A stretch of 64,000 bases of DNA from Selenomonadaceae bacterium (GCA_017535925.1 JAFXTD010000028.1:17229-81228); one strand, 5' to 3'. Positions 1 to 9,395 are shown, numbered from the stretch's first letter. Numbers and translations: made by a program. The notes: generated from the sequence alone by a model not told the origin.

Positions 1-1271
1 TTGCGGTTACGGTTATCGACCGCGAGGAAAGTCAGCTTACCGCCGTGAAAAATAATTTGGATGTATTGACGATAACCGCAAACGGCGCGAGTCCGATAAC
101 AATGGACGACCCCGACGTAAACGGCGCGGATGTTTTTATCGCGGTCACGGGCACCGACGAGGTCAACATGGTTGCCTGTATTCTTGCCAAGAAGCACGGC
201 ATCAAACATACAATCGCCCGAATTCGCGACATGCAATTTATCAGCGAGGCAAAAGATTATCTCAAAAAAAATTTCGACATAGATTTGATGCTCAATCCCG
301 AAGTGATTGCCGCGCACGAAATTTATCGAATCCTCATGACGCCGGCAGCCCTCGACGTTGACGAATTCGCCGGCGGAAAAGTTCGGCTCTTCGAAGTCAA
401 AATTCACAAGGACAGCAAGTATATCGACATTCCGTTTAAGAAGTTGCGCTTGCCCGAAGGAGTCTTGGCGGGCTTAATCTTTCGCGACCACAGGATGATA
501 ATTCCTCACGGCGACGATTCGCTTCAAGTTCATGACAACGCTTACTTTATCGGCTTCCCCGACGCGATAGAAAAGTTCAGCTCAAATTTCGTTCAACAAG
601 ATTCGCGGAAATTGGAACGTGTCATGATAATCGGCGCGGGCAGAATCGGGCGGACTTTGGCGGTCATGTTGGGTAATGCGGGCGTCAATGTCAAAGTTAT
701 CGAAAAGGACAGAGACCGTTGCGAGGACATGGCGCAACTTTTGACGGGCGACAGCATTGCGATTTACGGCGACGGCACGAACGTCGACTTGCTTGCTCAA
801 GAAGGTATTGCTTCGGCGGACGTTGTCGTTTGCCTCACCGAAGACGACAAGTTGAATTTGATGATGGCACTCTTGGCGAAACACCTCGGCGCGAAAAAAA
901 CAGTCGTCAGAGTTTATCGGACGGAATATGCGGATTTGATAGAAAAGGTCGGCGTCGACGTTGTAATTTCTGCGCGGCTTTTATCGGCGGCGGAAGTCTT
1001 GGCATTCGTGAGGCGCGGCGGCGTTGTGAGCGTGTCGATATTGGAAGGAGCGCGTGCAGAGGCAGTTGAAGTTATCGTTCAAAACGGCGCGAAGGTTGCC
1101 GGAAAAAAATTAATGGACGTGCGGCTCCCGAAGTCGTGTTTGGTTTGCGCATACGTCAGGAAAAACAAGGCGGCTATCCCCAACGGCAACACAATCCTCT
1201 TGCCCGGCGACAGGACGATTTTATTTTGCTTGCGCGGCGCGGCTCAAGAAGTCATGACATGGTTTAATTAA
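1..1271 (+). CDS. trkA: Trk-type potassium uptake protein TrkA (N-terminus cut by window edge)
   Basis: ORF 45-1271 stays open in frame back to nt 3 (AVTVIDREESQLTAV...). Duplicated TrkA_N/TrkA_C layout; second Rossmann loop IIGAGRIGRTLA. Confidence 0.85.
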   Translation, partial: AVTVIDREESQLTAVKNNLDVLTITANGASPITMDDPDVNGADVFIAVTGTDEVNMVACILAKKHGIKHTIARIRDMQFISEAKDYLKKNFDIDLMLNPEVIAAHEIYRILMTPAALDVDEFAGGKVRLFEVKIHKDSKYIDIPFKKLRLPEGVLAGLIFRDHRMIIPHGDDSLQVHDNAYFIGFPDAIEKFSSNFVQQDSRKLERVMIIGAGRIGRTLAVMLGNAGVNVKVIEKDRDRCEDMAQLLTGDSIAIYGDGTNVDLLAQEGIASADVVVCLTEDDKLNLMMALLAKHLGAKKTVVRVYRTEYADLIEKVGVDVVISARLLSAAEVLAFVRRGGVVSVSILEGARAEAVEVIVQNGAKVAGKKLMDVRLPKSCLVCAYVRKNKAAIPNGNTILLPGDRTILFCLRGAAQEVMTWFN

Positions 1272-1283
1272 GGAGGCAAAGAA

Positions 1284-1940
1284 ATGTTCAATTTTGCGAG
1301 GAAAGACACGGAGTTTTTCGATTTGTTTTTGGAGAACGCAAAATTTTTTCATTTGGGAGCGGTCTTGCTTGACGACGTGATAAAAGACCCGAACAAAGCC
1401 CTTGAACATATCGAAGAAATTTTAGGATTGGAATCGGCGGCGGACGAAGTCAACGAAAAAATAATCAACAAGCTGAACTTGAGCTTTATCACGCCCATTG
1501 ACCGCGAGGACATTTACGCTATCGCGAACGAACTTGACAAAGGCGTTGACATGTTGCAAGGTGCGTTGCAGAGGATAATCATGTATCACGCGGGGCACTC
1601 GACGAAACGTTCTCACGCCTTGACGAAACTTTTACTAGACAACACCGTTGAACTTGTCAAAGCCTTTAAACTTCTGGGTGACGTGAAAAAAAATCAGCGC
1701 GAAATACTCGACGCCGTCCACAAAATTTCCGACAATGAAAGTCGCGGCGATTTGATTTACAGAGCAGACATAGGGATACTCTTCGACGAGGCAGTCGAGG
1801 CGGCTAAGGAACACGGAGCGAGCCGCGCGGTTATCCACCTTATAAAATGGAAAGATATTTTGGAAGATGTTGAAGAGGCACTCGACCACAGCAAAAGAGT
1901 GAGTGACATGATTCGCGGCGTCGTAATGAAGTACGCCTAA
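1284..1940 (+). CDS. DUF47 / PhoU-like (TIGR00153-type) protein
   Basis: 218-aa helical ORF starting 12 nt after the trkA stop, behind AAGGAGG. N-terminus FARKDTEFFDLF and the overall pattern recall the DUF47 family. Confidence 0.7.
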   Translation: MFNFARKDTEFFDLFLENAKFFHLGAVLLDDVIKDPNKALEHIEEILGLESAADEVNEKIINKLNLSFITPIDREDIYAIANELDKGVDMLQGALQRIIMYHAGHSTKRSHALTKLLLDNTVELVKAFKLLGDVKKNQREILDAVHKISDNESRGDLIYRADIGILFDEAVEAAKEHGASRAVIHLIKWKDILEDVEEALDHSKRVSDMIRGVVMKYA

Positions 1941-1968
1941 AAATTATAAACACTCGTAATAATTTGAA

Positions 1969-2037
1969 ACCGTCACGGCTGACGACTCCTCACACCGCCC
2001 GGCCTGCTCTTTGGCAAAGACGGGTGCTCCCTCCGCT
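1969..2037. repeat. degenerate fragment of the multi-hairpin dispersed element
   Basis: CCGTCACGGCTGACG resembles hairpin 1 of the 47401-47623 element. The CTCTTTGGCAAAGA core recurs at 33141-33175. An imperfect hairpin flanked by A and T runs (2042-2078) follows, between convergent genes. Confidence 0.35.
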
Positions 2038-2096
2038 AAAGAAAAAATGCCCCTCGGCTTACCGAAGGACATTTTTTTGTTAAAGTCGTCAAAGAC

Positions 2097-2765
2097 TTAC
2101 AAAATTCTGCGTGCGCCAATGTAGTGCGAGCTCCAATAAGAACTTCCCAAAGAATCAATCGTGACACCGCGGCTTGAGCTGGCATGAATAAAGTTGTTAT
2201 CGCCGAGGTAGATACCGACATGCGACGCGCCGTAGGTGTAGGTGCTGAAGAAGACCAAATCGCCCGAGACGAGGTCGGTGGTGGGAATCGGCGTGCCGAA
2301 TTCGTATTGAACATCGGCAGTGCGCGGAATGGATATGCCGGCTTTTGCGAAAACGTATTGAACATAACCGGAGCAATCAAAACCGTAAGGACTTGTGCCG
2401 CCGAAGACGTAGGGGACGCCGATATAATTCATCGACGCCGAAACGATACTTCCGGCAAGATAGCCTGCGTTGTGAGAGAGGTCAGGCATGTCTTTGCCGA
2501 GAAGTGCCGAGTAAGTTGCCGGTCCGATTAAGCCGTCCGCTTTGATGCCGCAAGACTTTTGAAAGTTTTTAATGGCATCAACCGTCGCCGCACCGAAGGT
2601 ACCGTCCGCCATGACATCATAGCCGAGCAAGACAAGTTGACCTTGAATTTCTGCAATCTCCTCGCCGTGGTCACCCACTCTGAATTGCCCCGCAGCATAG
2701 CTTGTGGAAGCACTTACCGACAGCAAAATCACCACCATCATTAACGCTCGCAAAAAACTCCTCAA
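2097..2765 (-). CDS. secreted peptidoglycan-binding NlpC/P60 cell-wall hydrolase
   Basis: Signal peptide; PG_binding_1-like segment (GQLVLLGYDV..DGTFG..TVDAIKNFQ); NlpC/P60 core GFDCSGYVQYVF ... ASHVGIYLG. Confidence 0.85.
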   Translation of the reverse strand: MRSFLRALMMVVILLSVSASTSYAAGQFRVGDHGEEIAEIQGQLVLLGYDVMADGTFGAATVDAIKNFQKSCGIKADGLIGPATYSALLGKDMPDLSHNAGYLAGSIVSASMNYIGVPYVFGGTSPYGFDCSGYVQYVFAKAGISIPRTADVQYEFGTPIPTTDLVSGDLVFFSTYTYGASHVGIYLGDNNFIHASSSRGVTIDSLGSSYWSSHYIGARRIL

Positions 2766-2845
2766 AATCAGCCACTTCCTTTCTACAGATTCTAACGTGA
2801 TTATAATCTTTCGACGTGATTAATAACTGAATTTTGGGCAACAAA

Positions 2846-2904
2846 ATTAGTGGTCAGTGATTGGCGATGAGAAAAAACTAATCCCTAATCACTAACCACT
2901 AATT
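2846..2904. repeat. tandem heptanucleotide repeat hairpin
   Basis: ATTAGTG GTCAGTG ATTGGCG .. loop GAAAAAA .. CTAATCC CTAATCA CTAACCA CTAAT. The arms are imperfect complements. Lies immediately 3' of rnpB. Confidence 0.8.
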
Positions 2905-2906
2905 TT

Positions 2907-3329
2907 GTCGACAGGCAGTCAATAAGCCGGATTCTGTTAGTGGCAATCATTTATCTTGCTTGAACGTTGCCGCTCAAGTTTAGCACCTTACCCGAGATGT
3001 CAGCGAGCAACCTCATCCATCTCCTATTTAGGCTTGCTCCGCGTGAGGTTTATCAGGCTTGCCGATTACTCGACAACCGGTAGGCTCTTACCCTGCCTTT
3101 TCATCCTTACCGTTCTATTAATTAGGAATTAGGAGTGAGGAATTAGTAATGAAATAACAATTCCTAATTCCTAATTCCACATTCCTAATTGTTAGAAAGG
3201 CGGTTTTCTTTTCTGTGACACTGTCTTTAAGATTACTCTCACCGGACGTTATCCGGCACGCTGCTCTGTGGAGTCCGGACTTTCCTCGTCGAATTGCTTC
3301 GCCGCGATTGCCTCTCCTGCCTGTCTACG
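2907..3329 (-). ncRNA. rnpB: RNase P RNA, bacterial type A
   Basis: The minus strand carries GAGGAAAGUCCGGACUCC (3270-3287) and ACAGAAUCCGGCUUAU (2922-2937). P1 pairing is GACAGGCAG/CUGCCUGUC. Also present: CAGUGUCACAGAAAAGAAAACCGCC and GGUAAGGAUGAAAAGGCAGGGUAAGAGCCUACC, as in type-A RNAs. Ends are approximate. Confidence 0.9.
3117..3191. repeat. heptanucleotide repeat hairpin occupying helix P12 of rnpB
   Basis: AATTAGG AATTAGG AGTGAGG AATTAG - loop - AATTCCT AATTCCT AATTCCA CATTCCT AATT, bracketed by the P11 strands (CCUUUCUA / UAGAACGG on the RNA strand). Confidence 0.8.
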
Positions 3330-3335
3330 TCAAAA

Positions 3336-3364
3336 ATTTTACCACTATAATTTTTTCGTGTCAA
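3336..3364 (-). promoter_or_regulatory. sigma70-type promoter of rnpB
   Basis: Minus strand TTGACA (3359-3364), 17-nt spacer, TAAAAT (3336-3341), about 7 nt before the predicted P1 5' end. Confidence 0.55.
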
Positions 3365-3422
3365 TCAGGTTTCTTCATAAAATATTCAGTTTTCTTTTCA
3401 AGCTCTTCAGCAAGGCTTGTGA

Positions 3423-4574
3423 CTATTTACGCGAACGCATCCAAGGCGGAATGTCAATTTCGACGCCGCCGGGCGGATTGTTCGTGTTGCCGAAGTCGGC
3501 ATTGAAAGTACCGAAAGGCGAACGAGGTTGTTCTTGAGGTCTGCGCGGTTGAGTTTGTTTTTCTTGGAAAGTCGGGCGAAGAGGCTCGCGTTCTCTGACG
3601 GGTTCTTCCTCTTCTTCCTCGTCGAAGCGCGTGGCAATGACCGTGACGCTGACTTTGTCGCCAAGAGATTCGTCGACGCTGACACCCCAAATAATTTCGG
3701 CGTCGGGGTGAGCTGCCTCTTGGACGGTTGTTGAAGCCTCGTTGACTTCCATCATTGAAAGCGAATCGGTCGCGCCCATGATGTTGAGCAGGACGCCGCG
3801 TGCGCCTTGCAAACTCGTCTCAAGCAACGGAGAATCAATCGCCGCTTTGACTGCGTCGACGGTTGCATTTTCGCCCGAAGCCTCGCCGATACCCATTAAA
3901 GCCGAGCCTGCATTGCTCATGATTGATTTGACATCCGCGAAGTCCAGATTGACCAGACCCGGCACCGCGATTAAATCCGAAATGCCTTTGACGCCTTGAC
4001 GCAAAATATCATCGGCGATTGTGAAAGCTTGCGTCATTGGAGTTTTCTTGTCGACGACTTGGAGCAAACGGTCGTTCGGAATTGTTATAATCGTGTCGAC
4101 GTTGCGCTTGAGGTTTTCGATTCCGATATCGGCATTTTTCTTGCGCTTGGGTCCTTCAAAGGTAAACGGACGAGTCACGACGCCGACAGTCAACGCGCCG
4201 ATTTCTCTTGCACATTCCGCAACAACCGGAGCCGCACCCGTGCCCGTGCCGCCGCCCATGCCCGCCGTGATAAACACCATGTCCGAGCCGCGCAGGGCGT
4301 TGATAATGTCTTCGCGACTTTCCATAGCCGCTTTCTGTCCGATTTCGGGACGAGCTCCCGCGCCCAAGCCTCGGGTAAGTTTCTCACCGATTTGCATTCG
4401 CTTTGGTGCCAACGCGGTTAAAAGTGCTTGAGCGTCGGTGTTCACGGCGATAAATTCCACGCCTTCCAAGCCCAAAGAAATCATTCGATTGACAGCATTA
4501 TTGCCGCCGCCGCCCACGCCGATTACTTTAATCTTCGCGAACTGGTCAAGAGTGTTGTCATCAAGTTCAATCAC
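3423..4574 (-). CDS. ftsZ: cell division GTPase FtsZ
   Basis: [17 protein letters not shown], tubulin signature [11 protein letters not shown], acidic/proline-rich C-terminal tail. Confidence 0.97.
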   Translation of the reverse strand: MIELDDNTLDQFAKIKVIGVGGGGNNAVNRMISLGLEGVEFIAVNTDAQALLTALAPKRMQIGEKLTRGLGAGARPEIGQKAAMESREDIINALRGSDMVFITAGMGGGTGTGAAPVVAECAREIGALTVGVVTRPFTFEGPKRKKNADIGIENLKRNVDTIITIPNDRLLQVVDKKTPMTQAFTIADDILRQGVKGISDLIAVPGLVNLDFADVKSIMSNAGSALMGIGEASGENATVDAVKAAIDSPLLETSLQGARGVLLNIMGATDSLSMMEVNEASTTVQEAAHPDAEIIWGVSVDESLGDKVSVTVIATRFDEEEEEEPVREREPLRPTFQEKQTQPRRPQEQPRSPFGTFNADFGNTNNPPGGVEIDIPPWMRSRK

Positions 4575-4724
4575 ATATCATTCCTCCACAAAATTTATTT
4601 AATCCGTCAAGGAAAATTTTTTCCGAACGCTTACCGGACATTGTACTATAAAAAAAAATTTTGTGAAAGACTTCGTGTCATAAAATTTTCAGCAAGCCGC
4701 CCGGTCAACGAGGGTTTCTTTTTT

Positions 4725-5405
4725 TTATACGCGAACTTCAAAATGCTTGCCCTTGTTTTCGTCTTTCTTCGGCGGCAATTTGACGGACTTGACGGGTTTA
4801 ATTTTTTCCTCGACGGCTTTTAATCTGTCGGTTGAGTCTTCAAAGAGTTGCGCTTTCGTGAGGCTCGGCTTGTCCGTTATCAAAAATTTTTTCACGACGA
4901 CGAACGCCGCGACCGCCACAAAAATTATCGTGAATATCCAATAAACTCCGCCGTGTCCTTCGTGATAATTTAATTTCACAACGTGAGGCGTCGACGGTTG
5001 CTCGGAGGAAGTCTGCGCGGGCATGTAAGTCGATTGAGTTTCGCGGGCGTCCATTTCTTTGAACTCTCTCAAAACGTCCTGCCCTCTGTCGTAATCGGAT
5101 TGAGTGTCGACCGGCTGCGCGGGCAACGAACTTTCTTGTCGAGCGGAAGGCGAGGCAGATTGAGTGTCGTCAGGGCGTTCGACTGTTCGTTTTGTCAAAG
5201 GTCCTGCTCCGTTCGCGACGGCATCTCTTGCCATAGTTTCGGGCGTTTCGACTTTGCGATTGACTTGCGGCGCGTCGTCGGCTTCGGAAATTTCTTCGAC
5301 AGGTTCCTTTACAAAAGGTGTCTTGTCGATTCTCGGAGGCGTGGGCGGCGTCGGTCGGACGGCGGGCGCGGGAGCAGTCGGCGGTTGCGGCGGTTGGATA
5401 TTCAT
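4725..5405 (-). CDS. hypothetical proline-rich single-pass membrane protein
   Basis: Start set at MNIQPPQPP (ATG 5405), 9 nt after AAGGAGG. Pro/Gln/Ser-rich, probably disordered N-half; one TM helix (VYWIFTIIFVAVAAFVVV); short basic C-tail. Confidence 0.6.
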   Translation of the reverse strand: MNIQPPQPPTAPAPAVRPTPPTPPRIDKTPFVKEPVEEISEADDAPQVNRKVETPETMARDAVANGAGPLTKRTVERPDDTQSASPSARQESSLPAQPVDTQSDYDRGQDVLREFKEMDARETQSTYMPAQTSSEQPSTPHVVKLNYHEGHGGVYWIFTIIFVAVAAFVVVKKFLITDKPSLTKAQLFEDSTDRLKAVEEKIKPVKSVKLPPKKDENKGKHFEVRV

Positions 5406-5534
5406 TTCAAATGCTGCCTCCTTTCTTCCAAATGAATTCGGCAGGATTATAAAAAATTTTTTCCCGAAAATCAATAACGCCGCCTCGTCTCGTGAAAGAG
5501 ATTCGGCGGCGATTTTTTTTATGAGTTAATCGGC

Positions 5535-6515
5535 TTAGAGAAGATGTGCGCGAAGTTCTGCACCGTCTTGAGCCGAAAGATAAGCGGGCGCGATATCGAA
5601 GACCGTCTTGCAACCGTTGCTGCCTTCTTGGTTGAGGCGATAAGCGGCACGAGCATAGGCGACGAGGACAGCCGTCGTAAATTCGGGATTGGAGTCAAGC
5701 TTGAGATTAAATTCGATAATATGATTGTGTTCCTTAGTTTGACCGGTCTTGCCCGAACGAATCACGAAGCCTCCGTGAGCAAGTCCCGCGTGTTTGGTAA
5801 GGAGTTCTTCCTCGCTGATAAAGTTGACAACCGTATCGTAATCGGCGAAATAATTCGGCATGGTCTTAATCGCGTTTTCGACTTCGGCGGCGTCGGCACC
5901 TTCCTCAAGCACAACGTAGCATTCGCGCAAATGTTTTTGACGAGTCGTAAGTTCGGGATTCTGTCCGCTGCGAACTGCCTCAAGCGCACCGGCAATCGGC
6001 ACGGTGTACTGCTTTGCATTCTTGACGCCTTTGACGCGGCGAATCGCATCGGAGTGACCTTGACTGACGCCCTTGCCCCAGAAAGTGTAATCGTTGCCGT
6101 CGGGAAGAATTGCGTTTGCATAAGCGCGAGCCAAGCTGAACAGACCGGGATCCCAACCGACGGAGATAATCGCGACGTGCTTGTTTGCTTTAGCCGCCGC
6201 GTCGACTTTTGCAAAGTGTTCGGGAATTTTTGCGTGCGTGTCGAAGCTGTCGACGACGTTAAAGAGTTTTGCGAATTCGGGCGTTTGAGTCGGAAGGTCT
6301 GTTGCACTGCCGCCGCAAAGAATCATAACGTCAATCTTGCCGACCCAATCTTTTGCCTCATCCACATGAACGACGGGAACATTCGGCGTTTGAATTTTAA
6401 CTTTGGAGGGGTCACGACGAGTGAAGACCGCCACAAGTTGAGTATCGGGATTTTCTTTTATGGCGCATTCAACGCCGCGTCCGAGATTGCCGTATCCGAG
6501 TATTCCTATTTTCAT
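5535..6515 (-). CDS. ddh: meso-diaminopimelate D-dehydrogenase
   Basis: 326 aa. MKIGILGYGNLGRGVE N-terminus and overall similarity to Corynebacterium-type Ddh. Confidence 0.85.
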   Translation of the reverse strand: MKIGILGYGNLGRGVECAIKENPDTQLVAVFTRRDPSKVKIQTPNVPVVHVDEAKDWVGKIDVMILCGGSATDLPTQTPEFAKLFNVVDSFDTHAKIPEHFAKVDAAAKANKHVAIISVGWDPGLFSLARAYANAILPDGNDYTFWGKGVSQGHSDAIRRVKGVKNAKQYTVPIAGALEAVRSGQNPELTTRQKHLRECYVVLEEGADAAEVENAIKTMPNYFADYDTVVNFISEEELLTKHAGLAHGGFVIRSGKTGQTKEHNHIIEFNLKLDSNPEFTTAVLVAYARAAYRLNQEGSNGCKTVFDIAPAYLSAQDGAELRAHLL

Positions 6516-6559
6516 GAGTTATTGCCTCCCGTTAAGAAGTATTTTCAAAGACAAGACGA

Positions 6560-6587
6560 ATTATAACATAAAAGTTAAGGCATGCAA
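6560..6587 (-). promoter_or_regulatory. sigma70-type promoter of ddh
   Basis: Minus strand TTGCAT (6582-6587), 16-nt spacer, TATAAT (6560-6565). Confidence 0.5.
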
Positions 6588-6693
6588 GCCTTATCCGTCA
6601 TGAATACAATATTATTGAACATGGGCAATGCTTGCAGGAAAAAATTTTCGCGGCGTCGAAAGGATTTTTCAAAACGGAAAGGGTGATTGAATT

Positions 6694-7692
6694 TTGAAAC
6701 TCGGTAAAATGATTGCGGCGGGCGTTTTGAGTTTGAGCTTGTTGACCGGCACGAGCTTTGCCGCCCCCGCTTGGCAACTTCCCTCGTCGGGAAAAGTTTT
6801 CTACGACGAAGCCAAACAGATTTACATTTCGAACACCATGAAAAGGCTTTTGAGCGAGAACTTCAAAGTAAACTTTTCCGCGCCAAACGGATGGACTTAC
6901 GAAAAATTTTCTGTCGGCAGCGTAAACATTGAGCGGCTTGTAAATCCCAAGCAGAAAAAATCTTCGCGGGTCGTCTTGCAACTTCACGGCGGCGGCTACG
7001 TAGGCAAACTTAGTGATTGGTATCGCGACTTCGCCGTCAAGCAGGCTGTCATGACCGAAGCGCGCGAAGTTTACATGGTTGATTATCGACTTGCGCCCGA
7101 ACATGTTTATCCCGCTGCCCTCGACGACGCCGAAAAAGCTTACGAGGAACTTTTGAGACGCGGTGTCGGTTCGGAAAATATTATCGTCTTCGGAGATTCT
7201 GCCGGCGGAAATTTGGCGTTGGCATTATCGTTGCGCTTGAAAGAAAACAGATTGCCGCAACCCGCAATGTTGATTTTGATTTCGCCGAGAACAACCTTTG
7301 AGCCCGATTCTCCCTCACGAACCGCAAATGCCGACCGCGATTTGGTTTTGGGCAAAATTAATACCCAAATGTATAATGCGGTTTTCAATCCCGTTTACGC
7401 CGGACAAACTCCTTTGAATGACCCGCACCTCTCACCGATTTATGCCGATTTAAAAAATCTTCCGCCGACGCTGATTCAAATCGGCGGCTATGAACTTTTC
7501 GTCGACGAGGGAATTGAGCTGCTCAAAAAGGCGACGGCTGACGAACTCAACGTGACGTTATCGGTTTATCAAGGCATGCCGCACGATTTTTCAATTCTCT
7601 TGCCCGAACTTGACGAGAGCGTAAAATCTTTCATTGAGATAAAAAATTTCGTGAACCTCTACATGCCGAAAGACAAAGGTCAACAAAAATAA
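6694..7692 (+). CDS. secreted alpha/beta hydrolase, Abhydrolase_3 (HSL-like esterase/lipase) family
   Basis: Signal peptide; oxyanion HGGGY; nucleophile elbow GDSAGGNLA. TTG start assumed. Confidence 0.85.
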   Translation: MKLGKMIAAGVLSLSLLTGTSFAAPAWQLPSSGKVFYDEAKQIYISNTMKRLLSENFKVNFSAPNGWTYEKFSVGSVNIERLVNPKQKKSSRVVLQLHGGGYVGKLSDWYRDFAVKQAVMTEAREVYMVDYRLAPEHVYPAALDDAEKAYEELLRRGVGSENIIVFGDSAGGNLALALSLRLKENRLPQPAMLILISPRTTFEPDSPSRTANADRDLVLGKINTQMYNAVFNPVYAGQTPLNDPHLSPIYADLKNLPPTLIQIGGYELFVDEGIELLKKATADELNVTLSVYQGMPHDFSILLPELDESVKSFIEIKNFVNLYMPKDKGQQK

Positions 7693-7703
7693 TTTCGGCT
7701 GAC

Positions 7704-7752
7704 AAAAAAAAAAGCGTCGGGAAAAAATCCTGACGCTTAAATTTTTTTTTTT
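7704..7752. terminator. bidirectional rho-independent terminator
   Basis: 9-bp stem AGCGTCGGG/CCTGACGCT, flanked by an A-run (7704-7712) and a T-run (7742-7752), between convergent genes. Confidence 0.75.
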
Positions 7753-8293
7753 ACTTTTCAAGCCAATCGCTCATGCCCAAATGCACGACGTATTCTTTGG
7801 CGCACTCGTAATAATGCATCGCCGAAGTCCTCAACGCAACAATTTCGTCCTCGCGAAGAGCGCGCATAATCTTTGCGGGATTTCCGAAGACCAATGAATT
7901 ATTCGGAATTTTTTTGTACTGCGTGATAACCGTGCCCGCGCCGATAATGCAGTTGTTTCCGATTTCCGAATAGCCGAGAATTATCGAGCCCATGCCAATC
8001 AGACAATCGTCGCCGATTTTGCGGCAGTGGATAATCGAGTTGTGCCCTATCGTCACGTAGTTGCCGATTTCCGTCGGCGTGTCGCCCATGACGTGCACCG
8101 TGCAGTTGTCTTGAATGTTTGTGTAGTTGCCGATTCGCACGGGTTGAAAATCTCCGCGAACCGTCACGCCGAACCAAATACTTGAGCCCGCACCGATTGA
8201 CACTTCGCCGACAATCGACGAGCCCGGCGCAACGAAAACATCTTTGGCTATCTTGGGTTGTTTGCCTTTGTAAGGAAGAATAATCGGTTCCAT
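7751..8293 (-). CDS. gamma-class carbonic anhydrase-like / hexapeptide-repeat protein (YrdA/PaaY type)
   Basis: Left-handed beta-helix hexapeptide repeats; His-containing motifs (TVHVMG, IGHNSIIH). Confidence 0.85.
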   Translation of the reverse strand: MEPIILPYKGKQPKIAKDVFVAPGSSIVGEVSIGAGSSIWFGVTVRGDFQPVRIGNYTNIQDNCTVHVMGDTPTEIGNYVTIGHNSIIHCRKIGDDCLIGMGSIILGYSEIGNNCIIGAGTVITQYKKIPNNSLVFGNPAKIMRALREDEIVALRTSAMHYYECAKEYVVHLGMSDWLEK

Positions 8294-8331
8294 TTCCTCA
8301 ATCCTTTCTTCGATTAGCTTTTTGCTTTACC

Positions 8332-8492
8332 GGAGCATGTTGGTAAGTTTTCTTCTGCTTTTCTTTTGAAAGTTTTCTTCTACTTTTTCTTTGCCGGCAC
8401 CAAAGAAAAAGTAGCAAAAAGAAAGGTGCTTTAACCGGCTGTAAAAACATCCTGTTTTTAACGCCGGCGGCCGTCATCCGTGACGGCCGGGC
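8332..8492 (-). repeat. multi-hairpin MITE-like element, partial copy (right TIR present, left end missing)
   Basis: Reverse complement aligns to 54860-55032. All three hairpins are present (GGCCGTCACGGATGACGGCC, AAAAACAGGATGTTTTT, CTACTTTTTCTTTGG..CAAAGAAAAAGTAG), plus a TIR-like GGAGCATGTTGGTAAGTT at 8332-8349. Confidence 0.7.
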
Positions 8493-8511
8493 TTTTTGCT
8501 GTATGAAGTTT

Positions 8512-8886
8512 TTAAAAAGTTTGCACGACCTCGAAGGCGTTTTCAATGTGATTAATTTCTTCGACAAGCTCGCCGCGCAGATAAACTTCCACAACGTCAA
8601 AGCGGCAGGCGCACTCGGAAAAATTTTCGTCTTGCAAGAAAACGCCGGCTGCCTCGATAATTTTTTTCTGCTTGCGAACGGTGACCGCCTCACTCGGCAA
8701 GCCGTGACGAATATCCGAACGCGCCTTGACTTCGACAAAAACAATCACGTTATCTTTCTGCGCGATTATGTCAATCTCCGCCGAACGAATCCGAAAATTT
8801 CTTGCGACGATTTTATAACCTTCCGACTCAAGAAAATTCGCCGAGCAATCTTCACCGAACTTGCCGAAAATTTTTTGACGGCTCAC
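8512..8886 (-). CDS. yraN: YraN family (UPF0102) endonuclease-like protein
   Basis: 124 aa; GEDCSANFLESEGYKIVARNFR...EIDIIA...VFVEVKAR signature. GTG start overlaps the upstream stop (GTGA). Confidence 0.85.
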   Translation of the reverse strand: MSRQKIFGKFGEDCSANFLESEGYKIVARNFRIRSAEIDIIAQKDNVIVFVEVKARSDIRHGLPSEAVTVRKQKKIIEAAGVFLQDENFSECACRFDVVEVYLRGELVEEINHIENAFEVVQTF

Positions 8887-9395
8887 AATTCGGCAACGAC
8901 CTCACTAAGCGGGCGACGGTCTTCGTGGCGATTGGAAGGCTTTGCACCTTCGGCGGGATAACCAATCGGGAAGACGGCGATTAATTCATAATCCTGCATT
9001 TCGGGGAAAAGCTCTTTGAGTTTGGGCGCGTCGAAGTAGCCGACCCAAGTCGTGCCGAGCCCCTCGTCTTGCACAGCCAACATCAAATGCGTTGCGACAA
9101 TCGCCGCGTCAATCTCCGAAAAATTTTTGTTGTCGAACGGTCTGTCGAAGGCTCCGTCTTTGTGCGCTCCTACGACGAATGCCAATGCCGCACCGAACGT
9201 GTAATTTGTTGTCTGCTTGAGTTTGTCGAGGGCTTCGGGCGATTTGAGTGCCCAGATAGTGTAGCGTTGAAGATTTTTCGCCGTCGGTGCCGCTATCGCC
9301 GCCTGCAAGATGTGTTCGATTTTTTCCGGCTCAATCGGCTTGTCCGTCAACTTCCTGCACGAATAACGCGCCTTTGCCAATTCCAAGAAACTCAT
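8883..9395 (-). CDS. nitroreductase family protein
   Basis: Start at MSFLELAKARYSCRKL (ATG 9395, behind AAAGGAGA). Nitroreductase fold signature. Confidence 0.8.
   Translation of the reverse strand: MSFLELAKARYSCRKLTDKPIEPEKIEHILQAAIAAPTAKNLQRYTIWALKSPEALDKLKQTTNYTFGAALAFVVGAHKDGAFDRPFDNKNFSEIDAAIVATHLMLAVQDEGLGTTWVGYFDAPKLKELFPEMQDYELIAVFPIGYPAEGAKPSNRHEDRRPLSEVVAEL

Noticed and set aside
2766-2906. c-di-AMP (ydaO-type) riboswitch upstream of the NlpC/P60 hydrolase gene.
   Set aside because: The region is A/T-rich with a heptamer hairpin and shows none of the conserved ydaO core segments.
8298-8744. 148-aa ORF sharing the peptide FLLLFLWCRQRKSR with the N-terminal extension of ORF 54928-55365.
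   Set aside because: The shared peptide is just the translation of MITE hairpin 3 (CTTTTTGCTACTTTTTCTTTGG...). There is no RBS, and the ORFs run through repeats and terminators.
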